Of a stretch of 64,000 nucleotides of DNA, positions 1 through 11,765 are shown one piece after another. The notes beneath the pieces were generated by a model, which did no database searches, had not been told where the DNA came from, and saw nothing but the letters and a program-made list of their open reading frames with translations. Numbering within the stretch: the stretch's first letter is position 1; each line of letters starts with the position of its first letter. The position numbers were made by a program, and so were the translations under genes. This DNA is from Mustelus asterias (lineage: Eukaryota), in NCBI RefSeq assembly GCF_964213995.1, contig NC_135823.1, positions 26,474,001 to 26,538,000 of the forward strand, written 5' to 3'.

Positions 1-59
1 TAGATTGCCTCTTCGCCTCCTCCTCTTTATGTCCCTGCTCCTGAGTTCTAACTATACAG

Positions 60-900
60 CTGTTGGCGAGGGCTATCCCTTCACAATAGCAAGATTGTGC
101 ATCATGAAACAAACCACAAATCTTGACATCTGCTATGCCAAGTACTGCAGCGTTCCTCAAGAGCAGTACAAGAATCACAAGTATTGTTTCAACATGTCAA
201 TGATCTTCTTTATTATATATCATGAGGCAGCATGGCTTCCATTGATTGCATGCTGTGTGTGTGTGTGTGGGTTGTGTGCTCAAGTCATCAGTCATACGAT
301 CAGCAGATCGCCTTTGACACCCACAATCATCCTTTGGCTTGTCACAGTGGTTCAAATGCACAGCAGACTGACTGCTGCCAGAATACCAGACACTGATTTG
401 CCTGATTCTCTGACAGTGGTCACACCCCTTTAGGATGCTGTGGGACTAGAATGCTCATCAATTGCAGAATAGGCAGAGTTGACATGCAGCACCTGAAAAG
501 TGTATGCAGTCAATGGTACCTTGGAGAAGCTGTCAACCTCGTGAAGCCACATATAGGATCTGCCTGCTTCCCTCTAGAGAGAATTAAATGCATTTAGCTG
601 TCAATAAATAGATAGCCTCAGTGACCTTGCTCAAACAATGGCCAGCATCAAACTGGAAAATGTTTTCTATATTGAAGTCTAGCCTGGAAGATCCAGACAC
701 AAAGTTAATTGCCACTGTCATCTTGACAGCCATTGACAAGTGCTCCTTGCCTTGGTCTGAGGTGTGGCTGAAGCAGATGGCAGATTTCAGTGAGGATGCT
801 CTTACAGAAGCACAGACAGCTCTCACATAGTTAGGCGCTGAGCTTCAAGTAGGAGAATTACTCCCTGTACACCATATAGCCTCCCGTTCAGAGTACGTCT
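60..900 (-). pseudogene. Decayed PIF/Harbinger (HARBI1-like) DDE transposase
   Basis: Minus-strand translation across stops and frameshifts gives LSMAVKMTVAINFVSGS...LSKVTEAIY...LQGTIDCIH...YSGSSQ...NGSHAA..IIKKIIDMLKQ...GTLQY...SRFVVCFMMHNLAI, the order of Harbinger transposase motifs (GAIDCTH, PGSxHD, HxxTRxxIE, LHN). Boundaries approximate. Confidence 0.8.
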
Positions 901-2856
901 TCCCCTCCTTCTCTCCCACCCATCACCTCCATCTTCCTGCAGCTTGTTCCACTCTGCACACACTCTGTTCATTCCCTAAGTCATGCTGGACTCCAAGAGA
1001 AATGGATACAAGTGCACCCATGTTAGGGAGCGACTTGCTGGTGCAGAAAGCTGAGGTCAGCAAAAAGTCCTTCAGCACCCACCACATGACTTTCCTTTGT
1101 CACTTGAAACAACCATAAACAATATCAAACTCTTGTTGAATCATAACAAGAATAAGAAGAAAATCAATCAGCATCTGGCCTGTAAGTATTTGATAATCCC
1201 CTTAAATAGTGCTGATGGAGAGGGGATGGCCATTCCTGTGCTGAATGTGTGTTCAGCTATGCATGATTATGAGACTATATATACAAGCTTGAGCGTCAAA
1301 GTGACAGTGCCGGTATCAAATCAATTTTGTATGCTGATTAACATCATAACATGCCCACTCTGCAATCTTCCACAAAGCATTCTCTTTGTGTACATGAATG
1401 CCCCGACGTCAGATGTTTGGTGCAACATTTTGTATTTCAAATGGCACACATGACACCCAGATATTGGCGCTATGATCTGTGTCACACTGAAATGGTCAAG
1501 AGTGGTAGTAAACAAAGATCATTTATACAGACACTTAAAAATCATGCCTTATTATACTTGGAGCGAACACTTAATGTCTTCCCTCTCTAAATAAGAAAGT
1601 GTTGTTGCTTTCCTTGTAAAGTTGGTGAAATGGGCAAACGTATTTTCAAAAACACGCAAGCACAATTTGAAAATAAATGGTAATTAACAATGAGCTTGGG
1701 TGCATTTTCAAGGGCATCTTTCAATTTTCAGTTATTATAATAACTGGATAAAGAGTAGTTGCTAATTAGTTGCACAACTTTGTTCTAACAGATGTCTGTT
1801 TCCATACTCCGAGTTCTGGTGAGAGCCTCTGGAATGGCAGACGGAACTCAGTTCCATTGTGTCCATTTTAATTGTATTCGGTATGAGAATTGAATTATAT
1901 CTTTCTTGAATTTTATAGCCAATGCTTTTCTGTTTGCATGGGAGGTTGATTTCAATCATTTAAGGTAGGTGAAAGTGTCTGTTTATTGGCAATATTTAAA
2001 CTTATACATAAAAGGCTTCCATTACCTTCCCTGTCTCTCAGCATTTGTGTATTGGAATATTGGTTTGGTATTTTTAAAAATCAATGGCGCTCCCACCATC
2101 TAGGCATGCAATTATCAATAAACAAAGTCTTGAACAAGGTCAAATATCAAAGTTAACATACAGAAATGCGGCAGCACAAGCAAATAAATGAAACCTAATA
2201 AATTAACAATGGCAAAAACAGACCAAAATTAAACTACACCACAAATCATAGGCGTTAAGTAAATGGAGATGTTGCCAGATGTTATGTGGACGCATTTTCG
2301 CAAATGTCTAACAGAATCTAATAGAACAAAAACGGGGCTGAAAATTTGCAGGTCATAATCATAATCTGCAGGGCCCCATATCTAAGGATGGATGTGCTGG
2401 CCTTGGAAAGGGTCCAGAGGAGGTTCACAAGAATGAATCCTGGAATGAAGAGCTTGCCATATGAGGAACTGTTGAGGACTCTGGGTCTGTACTCGTTGGA
2501 GTTTAGAAGGATGAGGGGGAAATCTTATTGAAACTTACACGATACAGGCGAGGCCTGGATAGAGTGGACGTGGAGAGGATGTTTCCACTAGTAAGAGAAA
2601 CTAGAACCAGAGGGCACAACCTCAGGCTAAAGGGACGATCCTTTAAAACAGAGATGAGGAGGAATTTCTTCAGCCAGAGAGTGGTGAATCTGTGAAATTC
2701 TGCAGCAGAAGGCTGTGGAGACCAGGTCATTAAGTGTCTTTACGACAGAGATAGTTAGGTTCTTGATTAATAAGGGGATCAGGGGTTATGGGAAAACACA
2801 GTAAGAGTTTTAACAACACCAGGTTAAAGACCAACAGGTTTATTTGGTAGCAAATG

Positions 2857-2893
2857 CCATTAGCTTTCGGAGCACTGCTCCTTTGTCAGATGG
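2857..2893 (-). ncRNA. Minimal type I hammerhead ribozyme motif (G8>A, probably inactive)
   Basis: Minus strand reads CCAU-CUGACAA-A-GGAGC-AGU-GCUCC-GAAA-GC-UA-AUGG. Confidence 0.65.
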
Positions 2894-3516
2894 AGTGGAT
2901 ATCTGCTCTCAAACAGGGCATACAGAGACACAAAATCAAGTTACAGAATACTGATTAGAATGCGAATCTCTACAGCCAACCAGGTCTTAAAGATACAGAC
3001 AATGTGAGTGGAGGGAGCATTAAGCACAGATTAAAGTGATGTGTATTGTCTCCAGACAGATCAGCCAGCCAGTCAGACACTGATAGCCAAGTTCCGCACA
3101 CATGAGGACGGCCTAAACCGGGTTCTTGGGTTTATGTCACACTATCAGTAACCCCCTCAGCTTGCCTCCTGGACTTGCAGAATCTCACTGGCTGTCCTGT
3201 CTGGAGACAATACACATCTCTTTAACCTGTGCTTAATGCTCCCTCCACTCACACTGTCTGTATCTTTAAGGCCTGGTTGGCTGTAGAGATTCGCATTCTA
3301 ATGCAGGTCATAATCATAATCTGCAGGGCCCCATATCTAAGGATGGATGTGCTGGCCTTGGAAAGGGTCCAGAGGAGGTTCACAAGAATGAATCCTGGAA
3401 TGAAGCCCCGTTTTTGTTCTATTAGACATTTGCGAAAATGCGTCCACATAACATCTGGCATCATCTCGCATTTGATTTTGTGTCTCTGTATGCCCTGCTT
3501 GAGAGCAGATATCCCT

Positions 3517-3553
3517 CCATTTGACGAAGGAGCAGCGCTCCGAAAGCTAATGG
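3517..3553 (+). ncRNA. Minimal type I hammerhead ribozyme motif (C3>U variant)
   Basis: CCAU-UUGACGA-A-GGAGC-AGC-GCUCC-GAAA-GC-UA-AUGG, with stem I CCAU/AUGG. Confidence 0.7.
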
Positions 3554-3647
3554 CATTTGCTACCAAATAAACCTGTTGGTCTTTAACCAGGTGTTGTTAA
3601 AACTCTTACTGTGTTTACCCCAGTCCAACGCCGGCATCTCCACATTA

Positions 3648-3982
3648 TAGAACATAGAAACATAGAAACCCTACAGTGCAGAAGGAGGCCATTCGGCCCA
3701 TCGAGTCTGCACCGACCACAATCCCACCCAGGACCTACTCCCACATATTTACCCACTAATCCCTCTAACTACACATCTCAGGGACAATTTTTAACCTGGC
3801 CAATCAACCTAACCCGCACATCTTTGGACTGTGGGAGGAAACCAGAGGACCCGGAGGAAACCCACGCAGACACGAGGAGAATGTGCAAACTCCACACAGA
3901 CAGTGACCCGAGCCGGGAATCGAACCCAGGACCCTGGAGCTGTGAAGCAGCAGTGCTAACCACTATGCTACCGTGCCGCCCC
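3648..3982 (-). mobile_element. HE1-type tRNA-derived V-SINE
   Basis: A box TAGCATAGTGG and B box GGTTCGATTCC, V-domain TCTGCGTGGGTTTCCTCCGGG, CR1-like tail ending in (TTTCTATG)n. Confidence 0.85.
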
Positions 3983-4280
3983 AGTAATTATGGGAAACGG
4001 CAGGAGAATGGGGTTGAGAAAAATATCAGCCATGATTGAATGGCGGAGCGGACTCGAAGGGCCGAGTAATTCTGCTCCTATGTCTTATGGTCTATAATTC
4101 TGGTTGTTACATTGGCATTGCAGCAACCTGTGCCTTCTAATGTTGTTCTGGTTGAAGTATGTGTGGTCAGTGTAAGTGCACTCTTTTAGTCAGGATAGGA
4201 TTGCAAGTGCTATCATGAACCGTTCTCTGCTGTATCATTGGCGAGGGAGGCCTGCCTGAGCATCTGCCAACTTCATTCAG

Positions 4281-4944
4281 AGGAGGTGAATTTTCTGCTC
4301 CTTTCTTTTTGGGTGGGTGGGGGGGGGGGTGGTGGTGGTAGAGGAGAGAGAAGGAGTGGCAGGGAATGGGATCCCCTGGTGGCAGGAACAGGTAATCCCT
4401 CCAAAAGTTCCAAACTGCAATTTACACCGGCGGATTTCCCATTTCTATTGTTCAATTGTCAGGATCCTCATTTGATTCCATTTAAATGTAATTATCAGGC
4501 CTTTATGCCTGGTCGTTCCACCCGCTAGATTGTCCATTCACATTGGTGTGAGGACATGCTACACGAATTGCGACAGGTCCCCCACAGAGTGCGCCTGGTG
4601 GGCAGAACCTGCCAGAGGAGGTCAGGTAAGTGCTTGCATCAGCGGGGAGTGGGTCATGCCTGGGCACTGCCTTGTAACACTGCCAAGAAACATTGCCAGG
4701 GGATGTTCCGGGAAGTTGGGTGGGGGGGGGGGAGATGTTCCATGAGGTGGCTTCTGTTTTAATTTTTTTGTATTGTGGTGCCCATGATCTAAGTTGCCGG
4801 CTAGCATGATGTAGTGGGAACCGCCCCTTAGAATTTTTTTCCTACATGCCTAACAATACAGCAGAGGAAGCTGGCTTTGGGGCCCGTGCTTCCAGTCTTT
4901 TTCTCGCCTTCTTTCATGTTGCAAAAATAGAAAATTCCTCTCCT
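4281..4944. mobile_element. Non-autonomous DNA transposon (TIR element, possibly Harbinger-derived)
   Basis: Termini AGGAGGTGAATTTTCT and AGAAAATTCCTCTCCT are inverted repeats (14/16 match) around a GC-rich non-coding interior. Confidence 0.5.
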
Positions 4945-5588
4945 AACTACTGCAGATCCATACTTAAGATGATCAGTCTGCACAGAACAAATTCTTCAAT
5001 TTTTGGGTCTAAGCCACTACCCCTATTAAAGGGATGCTGGAGTGCCTAACTTCACACTGGATGTAGCATATTCCCTACTGGCATACTGGGCCATAGGAGA
5101 GAGAACTTCTGGCATAGAGGAAGATCCTGCCTCCAGCCACATTCTTTATCTTGTAAAGTTCTGTCTCTGACGAGGTGATAATGAAACTCCCTGAAACATC
5201 TTCTGGGAAGCTCCGTCATAACTAGCATGAGTTACAGCTAGAGAGTGGCAGAAATGCCGAAGAATTTCAGCCACAAGTTTCTCAAAAGGTCATATGTTCA
5301 GAACATCATGTGCACATTTGTACAATTTTCAGTCAGACTTCATCCCACCCCAAGCTGTTTTCGTTGACCAAGCTTCATTAGATCCACCCATTGCCACTGG
5401 TAATGGGACATTCTGACAATGCTATAGTGGGTACTGCTACTTAAAAAGAGTAAAACTTGACCAAGCGCCCCAATTGTTCAGAAGGTTATTTAAATTGTTG
5501 GGCTTTGGACTGAATCGAAGTTACACTGTTCACTATGAGGACCTCTCCTCCTGAAAGCAGCTTTGGCAGGGTCTTCTGCTCCTGTCTT

Positions 5589-5930
5589 GGGCGGCACGGT
5601 AGCACAGTGGTTAGCACTGCTGCTTCGCAGCTCCAGGGACTTGGGTTCGATTCCTGGCTTGGGTCACTGTCTGTGTGGAGTTTGCACATTCTCCCCATGT
5701 CTGCGTGGGTTTCCTCCAGGTGCTCCGGTTTCCTCCCACAGTCCAAAGATGTGCGGGTTAGGTTGATTGGCCATGCTAAAATTGCCCCTTAGTGTCCTGA
5801 GATGCGTAGGTTAGTGGAGTTAGCGGGTAAATCTGTAGAGATATGGGGGTAGGGCCTGGGTGGGATTGTGGTCGGTGCAGACTCAATGGGCCAAATGGCC
5901 TCTTTCTGCACTGTAGGGTTTCTACGATTG
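5589..5930 (+). mobile_element. HE1-type V-SINE, full length
   Basis: GGGCGGCACGGTAGCACAGTGGTTAGCACTGCTGC head, B box, V-domain, CR1-like tail. Confidence 0.9.
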
Positions 5931-7197
5931 CTAACAACTCTTCTCCTGGTTATCCCGAGCATAGCTGGGGAATGACACGGATTGCAATGCTGATGAACAC
6001 AATACAGGATATGATGACTCTTAGCTTCATTATCTGCGCCGCTCTCTCTTGTTCTCTCTTCTGCCTCTGTTCCCTCAATGCATCATAGCTTCTTTTTCTG
6101 TCTGCTTTTGCCTCTCTTTTGTTCCTTTTGGTAGTAGATGGTATCGTGTAGACTGGCTCCTCCCCATGTGCAGTATGTGGGGAGGAGCCACCAGCGGTCA
6201 TTCAGTGGGAGTAAGTTCAGGTCAAGGTAGAGAGGCAACAGTAACTCTGATTGACCCATTTCTATTGCTGCTTCCTGATTCTGTCCAATTTGCAACATCA
6301 GATGGTTAGGAGAATTTGACGGGTGTAATCCAGATGTAATTCAGATAAGCGTTAAAATTAAAATCTTTATCTATAGTTGTAAATGTATAACTTTGACCTG
6401 AACAGTCAATGGAACATGGTTGGGATAATAAGCTGGCTATGATAAATCACTGTGCCTATACTTACATTGTCATGCTTTAAGTACTCCCTTTTACGTATGG
6501 CGACATTACAGTCTTCTGTTTGGCAGGAGGGTGCAATTACAGTATGACAGGCTTATGCGAGCAAGTTTAATTGTAAATGTGGGCATAATAATTTATAATA
6601 GAAACAGCTGACAAAGTTTTTTCAGAACTGAAAAACTTTCAAAAATATATTACTGGTTGATCACTCATGGTGATGAACACAATGCTGTATTGATGACTGT
6701 TATCTTCACTGTGTGCGTTGCTCTCTCTTGCTCTCTTTACTGCCTCTGTTTCCTCAACTCGTCATACTTTCTTTCTCTGACTGTTTCTGCTTGTTCCTCT
6801 CTTTTGTTCCATTTGAGTGGAGGTGTTAGATGGCATGGCATGTTCTGGAAGATAACGGAGCTACCAAACTTTGCGGGCTGCATATAGGGTGGGAATGTAA
6901 TTTGCAAGAGAACTGTGTCTCTCGGCCGAGACCTTCCTATCACCCCTCCCGTCCCCGTTACTTATGTTTATCCATTTCCTCACACTTCCCCCTTACCCCT
7001 TCACCTTTCTACTATCCCACTACTCCATCACTCTTAAAAGTGGTTTAGTTTGCTTTCAGAATTCAAATCCTTTTTCAAATAAATAGAATTAGAATGAAGG
7101 AAGAATCTATCTGTCTAGCTGTGAGTCTCTCTCATGCTCTAAATGCAGTAAGTAGTCTCACAACACCAGATTAAAGTCCAACGGGTCTATTTGGTAG

Positions 7198-7232
7198 CAC
7201 GAGCTTTCGGAGTGCTGCTCCTTCATCAGGTG
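7198..7232 (-). ncRNA. Minimal type I hammerhead ribozyme motif, core intact
   Basis: Minus strand reads CAC-CUGAUGA-A-GGAG-CAGCA-CUCC-GAAA-GC-UC-GUG. Confidence 0.75.
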
Positions 7233-7434
7233 AGTGCAGGATTTGTTTCACAAACAGGGCATATATAAAGACAAACATGATAATGGTTGGAATGCAAATC
7301 TTTACAGGTAATCAAGTCTTTACAGGTGCAGACAATGTGAGTGGAGAGAGCGTTAAGCACAGGTTAAAGAGATGTGAATTGTCTCCAGCCAGGACAGTTA
7401 GTGAGATTTTGCAAGCCTAGGCAAGTCGTGGGGG

Positions 7435-9530
7435 TTACAGATAGTGTGACATGAACCTAAGATCCCGTTTGAGGTCATCCTCATGTGTGCAGAACTTAGC
7501 TATCAGTTTCTGCTCAGCGATTCTGCATTATCGTGTGTTGTGAAGGCCACCTTGGAAAACACTTACCCAAAGATCAGAGGCTGAATGCCCTTGACTGCTG
7601 AAGTGTTCCTGACAGGAAGGGAACACTCCTGCCTGGTGATTGCCGAGCGGTGTCCATTCATCCTTGTTGTAGCGTCTGCATGGTCTCGCCAATGTACCAT
7701 GCCTCAGGACATCCTTTCCTGCAGCGTATCAGGTAGACAATGTTGGCCGAGTCACAAGAGTATGTACAGTGTACCTGGTGGATGGTGTTCTCACGTGAGA
7801 TGATGGCATCCGAGTCGATGATCCGGCATGTCTTGCAGAGGTTGCTGTGGCAGGGTTGTGTGGTGTCGTGGTCACTCTTCTCCTGAAGGCTGGGTAGTTT
7901 GCTATATACAATGGTCTGTTTGAGGTTGCGCAGCTGTTTGAAGGCAAGAAGTGAGGGTGTGGGAATGGCCGTGGCGAGATGTTCGTCTTCATTGATAACA
8001 TGTTGAAGGCTCGGAGAAGATGTCGTAGCTTCTCCGCTCCGGGGAAGTACTGGACGACGAAGGGTACTCTGTCCGCCGTGTCCCGTGTTTGTCTACTGAG
8101 GAGGTCGGTGCAGTTTTGTGGCGCGTTGGAACTGTCGATCGATGAGTTGAGCGCCATATCCTGTTCTTACAAGGGCGTTTTTCAACATCTGTAGCTGTCT
8201 GTTGCGATCCTCCTCATCTGAGCAGATCCTGTGTATATGGAGGGCTTGTCCGTAGGGGATGGCTTCTTTAACTTGTTTAGGGTGGAAGTTGGAGAAGTGG
8301 AGCATCGTGAGGTTATCCAGTGAAGTGCTGAGGTGGCTGTCCTTGATGGAGATACGTGTGTCCAAGAATGCAACAAATTCTGGAGAGTAGTCCATGGTAA
8401 GTCTGATGGTGGGATGGAACATGTTGATGTCATCATGTAGTTATTTCGGTGATTGTTCACCATGAGTCCAAAGGAAGTAAATGTCATCAATGTATCTAGT
8501 GCCTAGTGTTGAAGGTCCTGCGTGGTGAAGAAGTCTTGTTTCACCCTGTGCATGATGATTTTGGCATATTGAGGTGCGAATTTGGTCCCCATGGCTGTTC
8601 CATGTGTCTGGATGAAGAACTGGTTGTTGAAGGTGAAGACATTGTGGTCCAGGATGAAGCGAATGAGTTGTAGAATCGCGTCTGGAGATTGTCAGTTGTC
8701 AGCGTTGAGTAGAGGCAGTTGCAGCAATGCCGTCATTGTGGGGGGATGCTGGTGTAGAGTGCCAAGACATCCATTGTGACAAGGAGTGTTCCTGGTTCAA
8801 CTGCTCCATGGGTGCTGAGTTTCTGTAAGAAGTCCGTAGTGTCATGACAGAAGCTGAGGGTTCTTTGTATGATGGGTTTCAGGATGCCTTCGACGTAGCC
8901 AGGCGTACTCACATGGGGTCCCATTGCCTGATACAATGGGAGGGCCCGTTGTGTTGGCCTTGAGTATCTTCGGGAGGCAGCAGAGATCTCCAAAGCGAGG
9001 AGTACGTGGGATGAGAGCACTGAAGGTCCGGATCAAAGGTCTTGATCAGTCTGTTGAGTTGACAGGTGTGTTCTTTGATCGGATCTGCGGGTAACTGTCT
9101 GTAGTGTTCCTCGTTGTTCAGTTGCCGATACACTTCTTTGCAGTAATTCATTCTGTTCAGTATGATGGTGGTCTCTCTTTTGTCTGCTGGTTTGATGACA
9201 ATGTTGCGGTTGGTCTTGATGGCGTTGTATTGTGCTTGGGTGACGTTCGGGGCTGTCTTGTGAGTGCAGCTGATGAATCTGGCATTGATGCACCTCCTGA
9301 CGGCTTGGACATACATGTTGAGTCGAGGGCAGCGGCCTTCCAGAGGAGTCCATTTCGACTCTTTCCTCTTCGGTCGCTGCACCGTGGATTCCTCTGTCTA
9401 GTTCATTGGCTGTCTCATTGGGTTCGCTGTTGGCCTCTTGGGGTTTGTGGAAAAACTCCCAGAGCCTCATTCGCCTGATGAATTCCTCTGTGTCCACTGC
9501 GAGACTGATGGGGTCCATTTTGGTGGTGAG
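7435..9530 (-). pseudogene. Frameshifted Penelope RT plus GIY-YIG endonuclease ORF
   Basis: IVIKPADK, LPKI.K...PIVSGNG, DTTDFL, LVTMDVLALYTSIP, GTAMGTKFAP, RYIDDI, FLDT, HPK..KEAIPYGQA, Cys linker PCHSNLCKTC (Neptune-like) and VYLIRCRKGCPEAWYIGET. Confidence 0.92.
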
Positions 9531-9959
9531 GCAACCAAAGAGGAAAGAGTCGAATTGGACTCCTCAGGAAGGCCACTTCCCTCCACTCGACATGTATGCC
9601 CAACCCGTCAGAAGGTGCATCAGTGCCAGATTCAACAGCATCACGGCACACGACAACGCAGAATCGTGAGCAGAAACTGATAGCCAAGTTCCGCACACAT
9701 GAGAACGGCCTCAACCGGGATCTTGGGTTCGTGTCACACTATCTGTAACCCCCACGACTTGGCCTGGGCTTGCAAAATCTCACTAACTGTCCTGGCTGGA
9801 GACAATACACATCTCTTTAACCTGTGCTTAACCTTCTCTCCACTCACATTGTCAGTACCTTCAAGACTTGATTACCTGTAAAGACTCGCATTCCAACCAT
9901 TACCTTGTAAATTGAGTTTGTGTCTATATATGCCCTGTTTGTGAAAGAAATCCTGCACT

Positions 9960-9994
9960 CACCTGATGAAGGAGCGGCGCTCCGAAAGCTCGTG
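9960..9994 (+). ncRNA. Minimal type I hammerhead ribozyme motif, core intact
   Basis: CAC-CUGAUGA-A-GGAGC-GGC-GCUCC-GAAA-GC-UC-GUG, with palindromic stem III AGCU. Confidence 0.8.
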
Positions 9995-10362
9995 CTACCA
10001 AATAAACCTGTTGGACTTTAACCTGGTGTTGTGAGACTACTTACTGTGCTTACCCCAGTGCAACGCCGGCAACTCCACATCATGCTTTAAATATATAACC
10101 TCTATGTCTGCCAGGTGGGCATTAAATTAGAAGCTCAACCTTAGAATTGTGTGCAATTCGCTTTGACCCTCAGTAGGCTTTAAAATGTTAACTTTTTTTA
10201 AAAAATGAAGATTAACTGGCTATTTCGCTCCCCCACCCCTTTCGGCTTAAAACATTTTCTGACATTTATAGAAGATAAAGAATATATAACAGGTGTACAC
10301 AGTCATTTCTTTACAGACCAGCATTCACCAATTTATACCTTGATTTCCCCCCCCCGACTAAC

Positions 10363-10474
10363 CTTGCATTGGCAACACATTCTAGAGTGACCTCGCTTGT
10401 GCCAGCGACGATGCTTGTGTTTTTCGGAGGAACAACAATTGTTGGTACCACAGGATCATCAGGGTCGTCAGCAT
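10363..10474 (-). CDS. sdk2: Internal coding exon of protein sidekick-2 (Ig2-Ig3 linker and start of Ig3), 112 nt, phase 1 to 2
   Basis: Acceptor ttcttctccatgcag and donor AG|gttagt. Translation (D/N)[37 protein letters not shown] closely matches vertebrate SDK2 [28 protein letters not shown] (recalled from memory) and fits it better than SDK1. The ORF track misses it. Confidence 0.92.
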
Positions 10475-11114
10475 CTGCATGGAGAAGAATGCAAGTTACA
10501 AGCAGTGATCAAAGGGCAAAGGATATTACCCAATTTTAGAGCAAATGTTGTGCGAACAACAATGTCAAACATTCTGGCTCTTACATTTATTAAAAAACCG
10601 GTGCTTCAAGCTTGAGCAGAAACCTGAAGACATCAGAAACAATGCCGATAATGTCCATAGTAGGGAAATTCTCCTCAATTATGAAAATTTTAAAGCAAGT
10701 TTTAAGTGTAACGTGATTGTTTAGTAATTGTTTTTAAACCAGAAACTACAGAATCATAACTGAAATTTACTGAATCTCATGTTCAAATTAAAAATAGGCC
10801 CTGGATTATCAGTCACTCTGTCATGCACACAGAACAAGAATACATCTGATTTACATGGTAGGATATCAAAAATAATAAGATGCAAATTAAGAAAAGGGAA
10901 ATGCCACATGACCAAAGCAAATAATTTCCTCTCAATGATAAGAAAATGCTAAGAAAAACATCTGCTGTTGCCTTTGAATTATCTATAGTCTATCAAGAAC
11001 ATTAAAAAGTAATGTTCACTTTGATTCTTGATTTAATTTCACAATCAATTTTAGGATACAGTTTGCAGCCATTCAACTTCAGTCACAAATTCACACCGTA
11101 TTCTGGGATTTTCT

Positions 11115-11765
11115 TTTGTTTTGTCATGGATGTGGACATCACTAGCAAGCTAAGCATTTATTGTCCATCCCTAATTATCTTTCAGAAGGGGGTGGTGAGC
11201 AACTGCTTGAACTGCTGCAGTCCATGTGGCATAGGTTCTTTCAAAGCACTGTAAGGTAGGGAGTGCCAAGATTTTGACCCACAGTCAAGGAAGGAATGAT
11301 GACATAGTTCCAAGTCAGGATGGTGTATGACGAAGTTGGTGGTACTCCCATCTGCCCGCTGTGTTTGTGCTTCTGGGTGGTAGAGGTTGTGAGTTTGGAA
11401 AGTGCTGTCAAAAAAGCTGCAGTGAGTTGCTGCATTGTATTTTGTAGATGGTACACACTGCAGTCACTGTGCATGGGTGGCAAGTGAAGTGAATGTTTAA
11501 GGTGTGGATGGGATCCCTGGTATGCTGTTTTGTCCTGGATGGTGTTGAGATTCTCGAGTATTGTTGGAGCTATTAATGCTAATTATTCCATCACACTCCT
11601 GATTTGTGCCCTATAGATGATGTAAAGGCCTTGCAGAGTTAGGAGGGGAGTCACATCATGCAGAATATCCAGCCTGAGGTGTTGCTGTGGCTATAATGTG
11701 TGCATGGCTGGTCCAGCTTAAGCTTCTGGGAAATGGTGACTCCAGGATACTGATGGTGGTGGATT
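11115..11765 (-). mobile_element. Old, degraded CR1-like LINE 3' region
   Basis: Related degraded blocks at 19040-19390, 23670-25145, 34780-35975 and 37800-43050. Remnant APTxLxxLNTIQDKAA motif. Confidence 0.6.

Larger units (their letters stand above)
2796..3648 (+). mobile_element. Non-autonomous fold-back Penelope-like element (inverted pLTR arm plus sense pLTR and tail)
   Basis: 2796-3070 is the reverse complement of about 3190-3615. The sense arm has the GIY-YIG C-terminus (LIAKFRTHEDGLNR.LGFMSHY) and the tail CCCCAGTCCAACGCCGGCATCTCCACAT. Hammerhead motifs occur in both arms. Confidence 0.85.
2375..4095 (+). mobile_element. 5'-truncated CR1 LINE 3' end, interrupted at 2796-3987 by a Penelope element and an HE1 SINE
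   Basis: LERVQRRFTRM..PG...YEE.LRTLGLYSLEFRRMRG C-terminal motif. The 3' UTR resumes at 3988 after the duplicated TTATGGGAAA (2786-2795 / 3988-3997). Confidence 0.85.
7146..10080. mobile_element. Penelope-like retroelement (Neptune-type) with inverted pLTRs
   Basis: Inverted arms at about 7146-7530 and 9650-10046, 3' tail at 10047-10080, imperfect TSD CATGCTCTAAAT (7133-7144) / CATGCTTTAAAT (10081-10092). The RT-GIY-YIG body is on the minus strand. Confidence 0.92.

Noticed and set aside
1762-1965. Possible exon (plus-strand acceptor at about 1792, or the 65-aa minus-strand ORF)
   Set aside because: No frame resembles Sdk2 or any protein I recognise, and the splice sites are not coherent on the gene strand.
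5589-5660. tRNA gene-like A and B boxes
   Set aside because: These are SINE heads continuing into the V-domain, not tRNA genes.
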